A DNA stretch of 64,000 nt from Octopus bimaculoides (taxonomy: Eukaryota): contig NC_068983.1 in the NCBI RefSeq assembly GCF_001194135.2, forward strand, positions 159,063,862-159,127,861. Direction: 5' to 3'. Shown here one piece after another: positions 1 to 13,805 of the stretch (the stretch's first letter is position 1; the number at the start of each line of letters is the position of its first letter). Under the pieces are notes generated by a model. It was not told where the DNA came from. It saw nothing but the letters and a program-made list of their open reading frames with translations, and did no database searches. The position numbers were made by a program, and so were the translations under genes.

Positions 1-72
1 CATAGAATTACCCTGGAGTGCTGACAAAGCTGTACAACAACTGGGTCGTTCTCATCGTTCGAATCAGTCAAG
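1..72 (+). CDS. SBNO-like: SBNO-like exon (helicase C-terminal motif VI region), 5' boundary outside or at window edge
   Basis: Frame from base 2: IELPWSADKAVQQLGRSHRSNQS; donor AG|gtaagt at 73. Confidence 0.95.
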
Positions 73-3000
73 GTAAGTAGCTAAGACTCTACATCTTGTT
101 TGGTACTAAAAAAATAAAAAGATGTAGCATTTGTTTTCTATTTCATGACTCTTTACTATGTCAAAGCTATACTGTAGCAACAATTAATTGAGCTATGTAA
201 TAGCTCAATTAATTATTACTATAGTATATCTTTGGTACAGTTACCTTTGTCAGCTAGTTATTGTACCTTAGTCAAGTATTTATATATTATCTGGTCAACA
301 AGGGAATTCCAGTCCTGCTTGAATTAGCAGCCAAAAATCCCTCAGATCACACACTACTATCTCAAACATGGAAAGACACATTGGATAACTCTCAGAAGAC
401 AGTATGATCTTGGCTGTAATGCTTTTCATCATAGGCTGGCTCAGTTTTGACTGGAGATGAAATATAACATCTTTCCTATCATAAGTATATTAAATGGCTC
501 AGCTAATTTTTACCATAATTAGCCATAGCGTCTGATTCAAAGTTTTTTAAATGCTTTTCACTGATTCCTTTGAGATTCCTGTCTTTCATTAGCGGGTGAT
601 TTATTATATATCATCATCATCATCGTCATCATTGTCGTTTAACGTCCGCTTTCCATGCTAGCATGGGTTGGATTGCTAGCATGTAGTCAATATTCTATTC
701 AAGTGCGCACAAGAATTGTTATATTCACTTTTTGTTCAGTGTTTTGAGGTGTTGAAAATACATCTCTGAGTTAGTCACTGATACCTTTCCCTGCAACCTA
801 GTCTAGTTTATTTCATTGATTTTCACTCGTTTATGGAAAAGGTTTCTTCCTTATTAAAATCTCCACTGAAGGAACACTTATATTATGCTTTCAATTTATT
901 GAAGTATACATCTTTAGAAATTTTATATCTGTAAAGATTTCAGCACTTTGTAAACCAATTTGTACATTCAACATTTATTTCAGTGGTCCCCTCTATAAAC
1001 TGGTAACTACAAACCTGGGTGGTGAAAGGCGTTTTGCTGCTGCTGTTGCACGTCGATTACAGTCTTTGGGTAAATTTTACTCTTACTTATCCATTTCTGT
1101 TGAGTTTCACATTTTGTTTGCTTTTAGTTTAAAGAGTTGTTTATTTGGGAAATAACATGTCATCATGTAAGTTATACGTATATTTATTAATACTTGCTAA
1201 TTAATATTTAATAATTAAATGAATTGGCATTCCTATTCAGAGTAAGAGTGAAAAGAATATTTAATGAAATTTTTTTTTTTTTTTTTGTGCGGGTGGCACA
1301 TGAAATGCACCATTTTGAGCGTGGCCGTTGCCAGTACCGCCTCACTAGCCTTCGTGCGGGTGACACGTAAAAGCACCCACTACACTATCTGAGTGGTTGG
1401 CATTAGGAAGGGCATCCAGCTGTAGAAACTCTGCCAAATCAGATTAAAGCCTGGTGTAGCCATCTGGTTTCACCAGTCCTCAGTCAAATCGTCCAACCCA
1501 TGCTAGCATGGAAAGCGGACGTTAAACGACGAAGAAGAAGAAGGGTGCCCATAAAATTCAAGTAATAAATTCTGATAATCAAAACTAGAATTAAATCATC
1601 ATTTTATTTTACACCTGCTTTCCATGCTGGCATGGGTTGAACCAATATAAATTGGTTCAATTATGGTAGTAAAATTGTGATTTAGAAAAGTGTTCATAAT
1701 AGAAGGGTAGGATATTTTTCAGTGTCACAAATAAATATAGTTATTTTGAGACTGGGTATCTTTTCCCTAAACTTTATGCGTTGAATAGCATATGGCGTAG
1801 TGGTTATGCAACTGGACTCTCAATGGATTTGATTCCCTTCATTGAGAGGTGTGTTGTATCTTTGGACAAGATACTTTATTTAACGTTGCTTTAGTCTCCA
1901 CTCAGCTGGCAAAAGAGTATTAAGGCTACAAGAGCACCTGGTCAGCATCAAATTAATATGGCAATGTTAATGAGTTAGTAGTACAACCAAACACTTTAGG
2001 CATGAAGGAAGGGTCTGTGCAGCATTGTACTGCTATAATCTATGTCTACAGTTTAGTTGTGTATTTGTAAAACAAAATATTTTTATTTGGTTTTAATAGG
2101 CGCTTTGACTAAAGGTGATCGACGAGCTGCAACAGGTGCAGATCTCACTGAATTCAATTTTGATACTCCATATGGACGTAGTGCTCTGAGAGTTATGTAT
2201 CAGTATACTTGTATGGTGAGTAAGGAGTTAAAATATCTTAGTTCTCTTCTGTTTATTGTTTTGTAATTAATGATTATTAAATGTGTTTTTTTTTTCTGTC
2301 CCATTTTTTTTAATACTGTTTAATGAAATTGTTTTTAAGATTATTCTAAACTTATTTTTGCAGTCTGAATTGGTTCCTGGTATAGCTTTTAATTCTGTCA
2401 AGCAAAATGTGGACACAATTGACAACTTCCATAAAATTTTGCAGGTTTGATAATTTTTTTCATTTATAATTTAACATTAATAGTTCTTATAGTTTAGCTA
2501 CTAGAGAAACTATGTATAATACATAATTAACTTTCAGTTAGTTTTATAGTCATGCTGGAGAAGTAATAAAAGTAGATCTGAAATACTTTGCGATTTTAAT
2601 CTACTTTCTAAACAAACATTTCAGAATTTATATAGTCAGAGTATATTATATAATCTTATATAATCTCTGTGTAACATTTTTTAGAATGATAGATTTGTAT
2701 ACCTAATTCTTGGATAGTACTTCTTTTTTTTCCTTTAACCTGCTGGGTTTGGAAGAATAGGTAGCACCCATGGCCTTTGAAACTGGTGAGATAGATGCCA
2801 TTAACGTTCTTGAAATTTTTGCAAACCAACTCTTATGAGAAGGACATTGACTAAGAGAAGATTTCAAAAAGCTGATGTTCTGGGCAGGAAGGATAACAAG
2901 ATTTAATGGTTAGTGTGGGGCCTGGGTGGATGGACATGAGGGTGATGAGAGGAGGAGGAGGAGAGATGGCTGGGTCGGAAGTGCCAGAGTGGAGGAGGCA

Positions 3001-6000
3001 CATGATCAGCCAATTCTGAGGAATAGAGACTATTATAGTAGCAGTAAAAAATACAGAGAGGCAAAGAGAAGAGAGACTGTACACCTGCAACCAAAAACTA
3101 GAGTATGTCTTGAGTGATTTTATGTCAAACAGTTGTATAATCTTTCTCTGGATGTTCTCTAGGATGTTTGTGTAAGTATAGCAGTAGCAGTGCTGTTCAA
3201 GATGTGGGAGCAATACTTCATTTGTGGGTCTCACTTGAGCTTTGTAGAGTGTCAGTAATTGTAGAGACTGAAATATTCCACACTCCAAAAGAGAAGGGCC
3301 AATCCTTGGGATGTAATTCTAGTTATTGTAATTTATTTACTAGAAAGAGTGTACTGGGCACAGTGATGTAGGAAAATGTCGTAGTTTTGGAAGCATTGAA
3401 ACGTTTTAAATAAAAAGGTTGGAAATGAGAAACTCATTATAGTTAATATAATTAGTTGGAATTGGGTTAAAGACTATTATTATAGTGATTGAAATAATAT
3501 ATTAAATTTGGTGTTCATTTCCTATTTAAATAAAGAATACTAGGTCTTAAGTCTTTCTAAATATCACCAGATATTTTGTTTATTTAATTGTGGCACAAAT
3601 AAAATATCAGTTTCAAATTGTGATATGATCTGTTTTCTCTGCTTTGGAATTCTACAAACTAGTTAAAATTGATGAATGAAAGAATATTTATAATAAATTT
3701 GACATTAACCCTTTTGATATCAACCCAGCTGAAACCGCCTCTGACTCTGTAGTACAAATGTCTTAACACTAGCTTAATGAAAACTAAGTTATTTTGCTAA
3801 ATTCTTCGTTATATTTAAAATTAATTGAAAGAAATACAGAGCACCACAACAGAAATATGATAACAAAAGGGTTAATTGTGCCTGTTTGCTATTTTTGGCA
3901 ATGATTTCTGAATCTATAGTTGTTTATAGTTAATTTCTGAATAAATGTTTTCTTTTTAATTCTGATACTATGTTGAAACTAAGTATCTTTTCTTCATTTC
4001 TATACTAGGATTGTTTAATTTTGATGGGGATTGTTGATATGGATCCAGTTAAATTTACTGTCCAGGTTAAGAAAGAAGATTTAGGCAATGTTGGTAAATT
4101 TCTCAACCGTATCCTTGGTCTTCCTGTGATGAAACAAAACCTGGTAATTGTTGCTTTATTTTTCTATGTAACATTATTTTTGTTGTTTTTATAAACATGT
4201 ATTTGATGTGACTTCTCAAACTTGACAGTCTTCACTAATTTTATTTTCATAAATATTTGAAAGGTACAAAGTTGGTAAGGAAGAACAAATATCAGAGAAA
4301 TGATATTGTTCTTTGATGACATTGCATTATGATGATCTCAAAAACAATATTTAGCAGTTTAAATGACAATGGCATTATGTTTTAACTAAAGAGCAGCTGT
4401 AGTATCCATTAATAATAAACCTTGGAACATTGATAAACAGCTTACATACTTCTATAAGTTCTAAATGTAATTATTTAGGAGTCCTACATGACTTAGTGTG
4501 CTGTAATTGGAAAAATGATTGAAATCTTTTCAGTTATAGTAGTGAAACATAGTATTTTAGTTCTTCATTCTATGGAATTTCTTTTGTATATTTTTGAAAT
4601 TTTAACCTTTTGCCTGTCCAAAGCATTTTCATTAGTTTGTCCTAAATGTCCATACTTGTTTTCATATTTTTAGTTAGCCTTTGTTTCATACATTCTAAGT
4701 AATATAAAGATTTCCTTTCATAACTCCCAAGCTAATCTATTGGTTGAAAAAAAATTGGATATGTGTGTTGTATATGATGCATGGATGTCAGGGTAGTATG
4801 TCTTGGACAGGCAAATGGTTAAGCTAAAGTAATATACCTTGCTTATTGGAACAGTACTATGTTTGAAGTAAATAATGAACTCTTGATCATGAGATCAGTT
4901 ATTGCCCCAGTTTAAGAAAAGGAATTGAGTTGTATCTTCTTTATAATCTTCTCTTGTTCTTTTTTGTTTATCACAGATTTTCAACTATTTTATTCAATGC
5001 CTGGATATAACAATACAGAATGCTAAGAGAGAAGGAAAGTAAGTTCTCTTTAAAATTTTTGTGAAACATGTGAATGATTTCTGATACTTTGCTTAGTGTT
5101 ATATTGCTTTCACCTTAAAAGTGAAAGTATTGTTTTCAGTCATTTTTGTTTGTCTGTCTGGCCGTGGACAAGATATCTCAAGAACCACTAGATGGATTTG
5201 GATGAAACTTTCAGGGGTGTTTGGCCTCGGAACCGGCATAGATTTTGGGATCAATCCGGTACAGGACAAGGATTCTAAAAAAAGAATTAGTTATAAGAAA
5301 GAGCTATTTAAGGTGATGCCCCCCCCCCAAATACTGACGCACCCTGTACACCTGGTGCTGGTACCACATAAAAAGCACCCAGTACAATCTGTAAAGTGGT
5401 TGGCCTTGGGAAAGGTATCCAGCTGTAGAAACCATACCAAAAAAGACAATGGAACCATGTGTGGCTCTCAGCCTCGTCAGTTCCTGTCAAACTGTCCGAC
5501 CAATGCCAGTATGGAAAATGGGCATTAAATGATAAAGATGATGATTGGTTTTATCAATAGTATATTGCAAGCAATATTGTAAGCAACACTAGAAAATTAA
5601 GATGCTAGACTATTTACTATTTTACTCAAACCTTGTCTTAAGCTAAGGATCATACTCTTCTGTTATGTAACCATTTAAAAAATCAAAAACTTCAGATTTG
5701 AATATGCTATCAACTCTGAGAATACTGGTGAGAAACTACAGTTGTGAGGTTAAAGCTCTGCACTGTTGACTATAATCCAGTTACCTGTTCAAGCTTTACA
5801 AAAGCCATTGTGTTGCACTCATATGTAAGGCACATCAGATAGATTTTTATTCCTACATTAAAGTTGAATAGAAGAGTATTCAACTGTAAAAACAATCCCA
5901 CAAAAACTTCCAATTATTCACTTTTGTTAATCCTATCATCTATCATTATCATCATCATCATCGTTTAGCGTCCGCCTTCCATGCTGGCATGGGTTGGACG

Positions 6001-7686
6001 ATTTGACTGAGGACTGGTGAACCCGATGGCAGCACCAGGCTTCAATCTGATCTGGCAGAGTTTCCACAGCTGGATGCCCTTCCTAATGCCAACCACTCCG
6101 AGAGTGAAGTGGGTGCTTTTATGTGCCACCGGCATGAGGGCCAGTTACGCGGTACTGGCAACGGCCACGCTCAAAATGGTATTTTTTACGTGCCNNNNNN
6201 NNNNNNNNNNNNNNNNNNNNNNNNNNNNNNNNNNNNNNNNNNNNNNNNNNNNNNNNCCTCGCTCGAATGTTTTGTTCATGTGCCAGTAAGGCGACCCTGG
6301 TAACGATCACCCTCAAATGGTGCTATTTACGTGCCACTGGCATGGAAGCTAGACAACTGCTCTGGCAATGATCATGCTCGGACGGTGCTCTTAGCGCTCC
6401 ACTGGCACAGGTGCCAGTCATCGAATTTGGCTCAATCACAATTTCGATTTCGATTTCACTTGCCCCAACAGGCCTTCGCAAGCCGAGTTTAGTATCCAAT
6501 GAAGGAAAGGTACGCATAAGTGGGTTGGCTATCCCCTTTATAAGTATTGGAAAATATTACAAGAGAAACACTTTCTGTGAGTAAAGTTTGTGTGTTAAGT
6601 TGTATAATGAGAAGTGAAAGCATCATCATCATTGTCATTTAACGTCTGCTTTCCATGCTAGCATGTGTTGGAATCTTTTGAGTAATTTTACATGTGCTAC
6701 ACAGCTGTGATAAGCTCCAACAAAGCTGTTTGTGATATTTGATTCTAGGTTGAGTTATTTCACTTAACTTGTTCATCTTGTCTTTATGTGCCTGAGACAT
6801 TTTTTGACATGCCTTATTCAACGTGTATTCTTAGCATTCCTTGGAATGTGACTCAAACAGAATTGAAGATCCAGTCTTCTACTATGCAATTGTTAGGGAT
6901 TAATTATTTTCTTTTTGTTTTCTGGGTAAAATGTTTTTTTAAAAATATTAACGAAGAAATATTTTAGTAAAAATTTGTTATTAGCAGTGGAAGCAGTATT
7001 AACTCAGACAGCGTATACTTATCGAAGTCACAATATTGCAGTATTTACCTGGAGAAAGCATCTCTTATAGATGTATAGTGCTAAAAGGCATGGAACTGTA
7101 ACAGTAGTAGATGAAAAGCACCTAGCAGTGGTGGTGGAATTGCTAAATCCAGCTTTCTGCATCATTGCACATCATTAGTAGCAAGTATCCACTATCAACC
7201 ACATGCTTAGACAGATTTTGCTTCTACTAATATAGAAAAACAGTGATTAGCAAATCACTGGTGTCACAAATGGTTTGTGGGTTAGGTCTGATTGAGCAAT
7301 TTTATGATCAAATATGTTTCAGCCGTGACCATCCTTTTTTGTTTCTTTCCAGTATACTTATTTGATTGGTAGGGTTAGATTTAAGAAAGAGTTGGTTGTT
7401 GTTTCTAGAAGCTTCTTTCATTTTTAATTTTGTGCAATGCTGTAAAATTAAATAATTAATTCAAAATTGACTATTTTATAAAATTATTTTGAGATGAGAG
7501 ACTGTAAAAGTAGTTAATAGAATAAAAGTTCATCTATTTTGTTTTCTATTGAGCTTTCTTAACTTTCTATTAAAACCGTTGCCAGTGCCCCTGGACTGGC
7601 TCTTGTGCGGGGCCGTTGTAGGATTTTCGAGCAAGATCATTGCTGGTTCCCCTGGACTGGCTCATGTGTGGGCGACACACGAAATC

Positions 7687-7723
<37 letters not shown>

Positions 7724-10700
7724 TGCAGGTGGCACATGAAATGCGCCATTTTGAGCATGGCCGTTGCCAGTACCGCTTGACTAGCCTTCGTGCGGGTGAC
7801 ACGTAAAAGCACCCACTACACTCTCTGAGTGGTTGGCATTAGGAAGGGCATCCAGCTGTAGAAACTCTGCCAAATCAGATTGGAGCCTGGTGTAGCCATC
7901 TGGTTTCACCAGTCCTCAGTCAAATCGTCCAACCCATGCTAGCATGGAAAGCGGACGTTAAACGACGACAACATAGTTACAATGTGGCTTTCAGTAAAAC
8001 ATTTTGGCATTATTTTTTGATTGTTTGATTATTAAAGCCATTACCTGATCTTTATATTTCTATGGGCTTTGTCTTGTTTATTGTGTTCAGTAAGATTAAA
8101 AGGTTATTACTGGTAATCTTTGTAATGTTATAAATCAGATCTGAAGTTTTCTGGAATCAAATGAACATGTAGCTCTTCTCTCATGTAAGTAGGCCTGTTG
8201 AAGGTTTATAATCAAGAGTTAATGCTAGACTGACATTACATTAACTGATAATAGAACTCAGTCCATTTTACTAGAGTCAAATTTATTATATGTATTGTTG
8301 AGTTGACTAGTGGCAGCTGCTAGAAGCAGAACTTCCAATCTGCCCAATATGACCTTAAGTTATAAGTATTAACCTTTTGTTTTGGTTATCTGAAGGAGTT
8401 GGAGCTGTGCTTATTGCAATTTCAGACCGTCTTCAATTGGATATTTGGCCACACATATATGGCAACTATTTAGTAAACATTTTGAAGATTAGTTCATTGA
8501 AGGAAAAAAAAAAAAAAATAGGCATGAGTAAATAGTTTTAGGGGAATGCAATTTTGAGTTCTTAGGAATGTTTGATTTGAAAAGATTATAGTAATGTTGA
8601 TAGGCTGAAATAACCGTGAGCAGGTTGTTAAATTACAGGAGAAAATGTTGAAGTAAGTTGACATTTGAGACAAATAATAGCTGGTGTGGAAGCCAAACAT
8701 TTGTTAGCTAATGTTATGTCCCTTTTATTAGAACATTAAGGGATAACCTTACTTAGTATGGGGAAAAATGTCAACATTATTTGAAAACAAATATAAAAAA
8801 TAGAATGAATTAAAAAACTATGGCTGATATATATAAGACAGTATATTATGCCCATTTAAGGATGTTCGTTTTGATTGCATGTGTATGATGTTTTTAGGTG
8901 AAAAGTTGTGGAGGATGGAAATATGTTAGGTCTGTGTATGAGTATATTTGATTTTAAGTAACAGTGAGCAGGTCATTGATTTACTGAAGTAAATTAGGGA
9001 AATGTTGTTGAATTCAGGGACACTCCACAGTTGATAGAAAATGGGCTGAAGTAAGCCCAATCAACATATATCTGCAAAGAGACAGTCTGTTAAGAAACTT
9101 TATGAGATTCTCAATCTGACATACTAAAGACTTTGCTGATGTTGGAGTTATATGCTAGAAGTTTGCATGGTCAGACAGTTTGTCATTGTATGGTCAGAGA
9201 GTTTCCATTTGTTTTTATAAGGGTAACCTTTTGGAGCATATAACATGATGTTAGGACCAATTTCTTTAAGATGAAATGTTCACTGGAGAGTTTGGAAAAT
9301 GTTTTGTGTGTATACAAATTGGAATTGGAAACCAAGTGGCCAGCACATGTAGTTGCTTTATCTGCAGGATACCACTTACTACAATGTTGTTAATTATCGT
9401 TTTAGGAAGTAAAGAAGCTTGTTAACTTTGTGATACTTGGAAAGACACTTTTACTTTCTAGGCATTTTGTAAGTGTTTTAATGGTAGGTGAATGCCTCTT
9501 AATGAGTGAGGTACATGATTTTCTGTCGGTGTTGCAGTCATTGTTCTTTCCTTGTATGTTGTTCTTTCCATAACTGTTCATTGATCACTTGAAAGTTATC
9601 AGTTATGTAGTTCATTTGTGTCAGAGATGTAGAGACACGTAATCTACTTTACTGTCAGATATTGGTTTAGGATGAAGCCTATCAACCATCTTATGTAATG
9701 AACATAGAATTGACTAGTGACTTATTAGCTGACTAGAAGTGTCAGAGGGTTTGAGAGTAGAGGCTGTTGATGTAAGTGGGTTGCATTGTTTTGTGTTGGT
9801 TGGTAAAGATCATGTTAAGAGTGAAAAAGTGATCAAGTGCTAATTGATCAGATTTACTAAGGAAAATGTTGCTTCGATGATAACAAATGTTTATTTTGAC
9901 TTTTAGATACAATGAAGGTCTACTTGACATTACTGCCAGCTCAGTAGAAATGGTTGGTGAACCCAAAGAAGTATTTAAAGATTTGACCAAAGGAAACACT
10001 GTGACCAAGTAAGTTTCTTTTTATCATTTGAAATAATAATTTTTTATAGTTTTACAAGGCCACATTTTAGTTGAAGAGGGATATAGTTGGCTTAATTTCT
10101 CATAATTCATGTCAGACATTTATGTTGTTAATCCTGCGATTTGAACTTATGACATATGCATTTAAGCACTAACGGCATTTAGTTCACTGCACTTTAAGAT
10201 GATAATCATCTAAAACTATAAAACATAGGTATTCCTACAACAGACTGTCTGTCCTATTTCCTGGTGAGAAAGTAATCTGCTAGATTTGTTGTGTTTGCCA
10301 GATTGATTGGAGATGAGGTAGTCAACTGGTTTTTTGAAATGCCTATTGCAAACTGTTAGATCAGAACTCCATGAACTTTACACCCTCCTCATTTCTTGAA
10401 CCATAACCATAACTTCCATATGTTGCAGAAGCTACCGACACACTGGCCGACATATCTGTTGATGTCACCAGCCATGATAACTAGGTCACTGTCAGTAGTT
10501 ATTAAGATTGTCTGTCCAAGGTTTCACAGAAGCAGTCTTTCTCTTCTTCTGGCAGTCCTGCCTGTGGAACATATTCTGAGATAAATGTTGCTATTGCATT
10601 GTCAAAAATTAGTCTCAACTTAATTATTCTATCATGCAGTAAAAAGTTCTTTGTGAAGTGATTGATGTTAGGAAGGACATCCAGCTGTAGAAACCATGCC

Positions 10701-13700
10701 AAAGCAGGCACCGATCCTGGTGCAGCCCTCTGGCTCATCTGTTCTTATTTCTTTACTGCCCACAAGGAGCTACACACAGATGGGACAAACAAGGACAGAC
10801 AAAGGGATTAAGTCGATTACATCGACGCCAGTTCGTAACTGGTACTTGATTTATCGACCCCGAAAGGATGAAAGGCAAAGTCAACCTCGGCGGAATTTGA
10901 ACTCAGAACGTAACGGCCTCACGAAATACCGCTAAGCATTTCGTCCGACGTGCTAACGTTTCTTCCAGCTCTGGCTCATCTGTTGTTGAACTGTCCAAGC
11001 CATACCAGCATGGAAAAAGGAACCTTAATTGATGATGATGGTGATGACAACCTGAGTACCTCAGTTACTTTATGTATCCATTTCTCAGCCAGCAGTATGC
11101 TTTTCTCACCCCTTCTGTCACTATTACTCAGAAGAATTTGTATTGCAGTCTCTTGTCTATGAGGAAGATCCCTTCCAACTTTTTCTCTTGCACACTGCAC
11201 ACATCCACTTGTCTCTGCTCTAAAATCTCCATAATCTCACCAGGCCTATTTTTCATCATGCCCATGTTTATAGTTACTGCCTTAAAGTTTTGGAACTTAC
11301 AAGAAAGGTAGGTGGGAGGGTCTTCAATAGTAAAGGTGCTTGGTTGTTGGTTCATTAGTCTGATTGCATTAGTAACAATGGGAAAGTTGGGCCATGCTTT
11401 GCCAGCAGTTTGTAGATTTATACATGATTACTTTTTTCCTTTTTGTTTAATTTGCCATCATTCGTTCATTCTCCAACTCTTGCTGCATATGTGCCAATAG
11501 GTGCCATTTAAATTATCATCAATAAATAAAATAAATATGTAGATAAAGGTTCTGATGCTGTTTTTAATGTACCGTTGTTACATGTGTTTGCTATGATTTT
11601 TATTACTGTTGCTGGCAGGAATCTGGTGCAGGGGTAATAGATATATCAGGTATATGGGATGACTGTGCTATGGGGTAAGTGGGGATGGGAACACAAATAG
11701 TCACTAAGGGTAGGAAGTAGGGACTTATTACTGGTCAAGGGAAAAAAATGAGAGAGACATTCTGTATAAGAAGTTGGAAAGGATAAGAGCAGGTACATCA
11801 CTACAAGTTTTGTAGGGACAAATGGAGAACAAAAAGAGAAGAAAGAAATATTTTAAGCATGGTTTAGAGAAGGAAAAGAAAATTGTTTGAAGCATTGCTC
11901 TCAGAGTTGAGAGCATTGCAACATCTTATAGCTTCCTAGGAGCCATTAAAATGTATTGGCTTAAGCTAATGAAGATGATTGCGTAACTCCTGTTGTCATT
12001 CATTAATTTATATTATGCTTTGTATTCTGTGTGTGTATATATATATATATGTACACGCATGAAGAAAATGTTGACAGTGACTTCAAATAGGCAGTTTACT
12101 TGCTATTGTTGGTCTTTGAAGTTATGTCATTTTCCTTTCTTGTAAAAACAAATATGACATCATGATGGAAGATATTGAGGGATTCTTCCATTACATGTTC
12201 AGATGTATTTTATATATAGCTTTACATTGAAGCAAACAGCAACACATACCCAGACCTGTCCATTGAAATTCAGTGTGGTACAGATTCTTTTTTCCTACCC
12301 TATCAGAGTATCTTTGAAGCTTTTGTCTCTTTAGTGTTTCTTCATAGCATTTACCTTGTAATAGGTGAGTCATCTATGTTTCTTAACTTCGTCGTCGTCG
12401 TTTAACGTCCGCTTTCCATGCTAGCATGGGTTGGACGATTTGACTGAGGACTGGTGAAACCAGATGGCTACACCAGACTCCAATCTGATTTGGCAGAGTT
12501 TCTACAGCTGGATGCCCTTCCTAACGCCAACCACTCAGAGAGTGTAGTGGGTGCTTTTATGTGTCACCTGCACGAAGGTCAGTCAGGCGGCACTGGCAAC
12601 GGCCACGCTCATCTCGCTCGAGAAACCTCATATGTTTGTATACAGAAATGCAGAAAGGGTGAAGAAGAGAAAAAGAGACAGAAGAGAGGTGAAGAAACTC
12701 TGATGTTTCACAACTCTTCATTAAATAAAATTATAAGTTTTGTAACTTTACAAATGAATTTTGGTTGATCCTATTACCTCAAACAAACGTAAAGTTTCTT
12801 TATGCAGCAGTTAGTTTTGAAATTTTCCTATTACTAGCCGCTTCCCTCTCACTGCTTGAGTAATTTATTCTGTTTGTTCTATTTCACGGAAATGTTTGCC
12901 TTCAATGTGACACGTCATGCTAACAGTTGAATTTCTCTTATAACTCTCTTGACTATCTTCGGTTACGCTGATTATTTCCCTTAGCATATCAACTTGCACA
13001 CAACCACACTAGCATGAGAAAGCAGATGTTAACAGACTGATACAATGTAATGCTAGACATTTTGTATTTTCTACCTCAGATTAGCATTTTGTCTATTTGT
13101 GTACAATTTTTTTTTTGCAGCTAATAGTTGCCCAATATTTTAAGAAAATGCTTCTCTGCAATTCTATATTTTTGCAGCAAGAGGATGGGAACTATCATAT
13201 AGCTGTTTATAGGAGATCAAAAAAATTATTTATTGATGATTTTGTAAAAAGGGAATTTTTGATAATTTTAAATAACAATTGAAAATAGAGATTTAGTAAA
13301 GTTATATTGGCTTATTAAGAGTGAAATATTTGCAACTTAACTCAATTTTAAAATACTCTTTTTTGATAGTAAGTAGGCAATGTTTTGCTTCATTATTGAT
13401 TTACAACGTGTAATTTATATCTTATAAATTAATGTAATTAACATACTAAAATATAAGGTATGCTGTTTTATGTCATTGCTGGTACTGCAAGTATGTCATT
13501 TGGAAATTTTAAGAGCTTGTCCCGCCTTTCTCCGAGTAGAACATATGCTACAAAAATAAAGCAAAACTGAATTGGAATGATTAAGCATTTAGGGTCAAGA
13601 TGAAACCAAATGAATCTATCAATCTTTAATTGACCAGTGAGAAAAAAAAATAGTTGTGGCCACTAGTAAGAAAGGTTGCATGAGGAAATCTTCTGTAAGA

Positions 13701-13766
13701 ATGGTCTCAGAATGCTTTCAGAACAGATTGAGAGAGTGTGTGTACACATGTGCAAGCACCTGCACA

Positions 13767-13805
<39 letters not shown>

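Larger units (their letters stand above)
10280..11310 (-). mobile_element. RTE-clade LINE endonuclease (APE) fragment, split by two nested insertions
   Basis: INMGMMKNRPGEIMEILEQRQVDVCSVQE...ILLAEKWIHKVTEVLRL (11300-11055) resumes as DRIIKLRLIFDNAIATFISEYVPQAGLPEEEKD (10640-10500). Confidence 0.8.
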
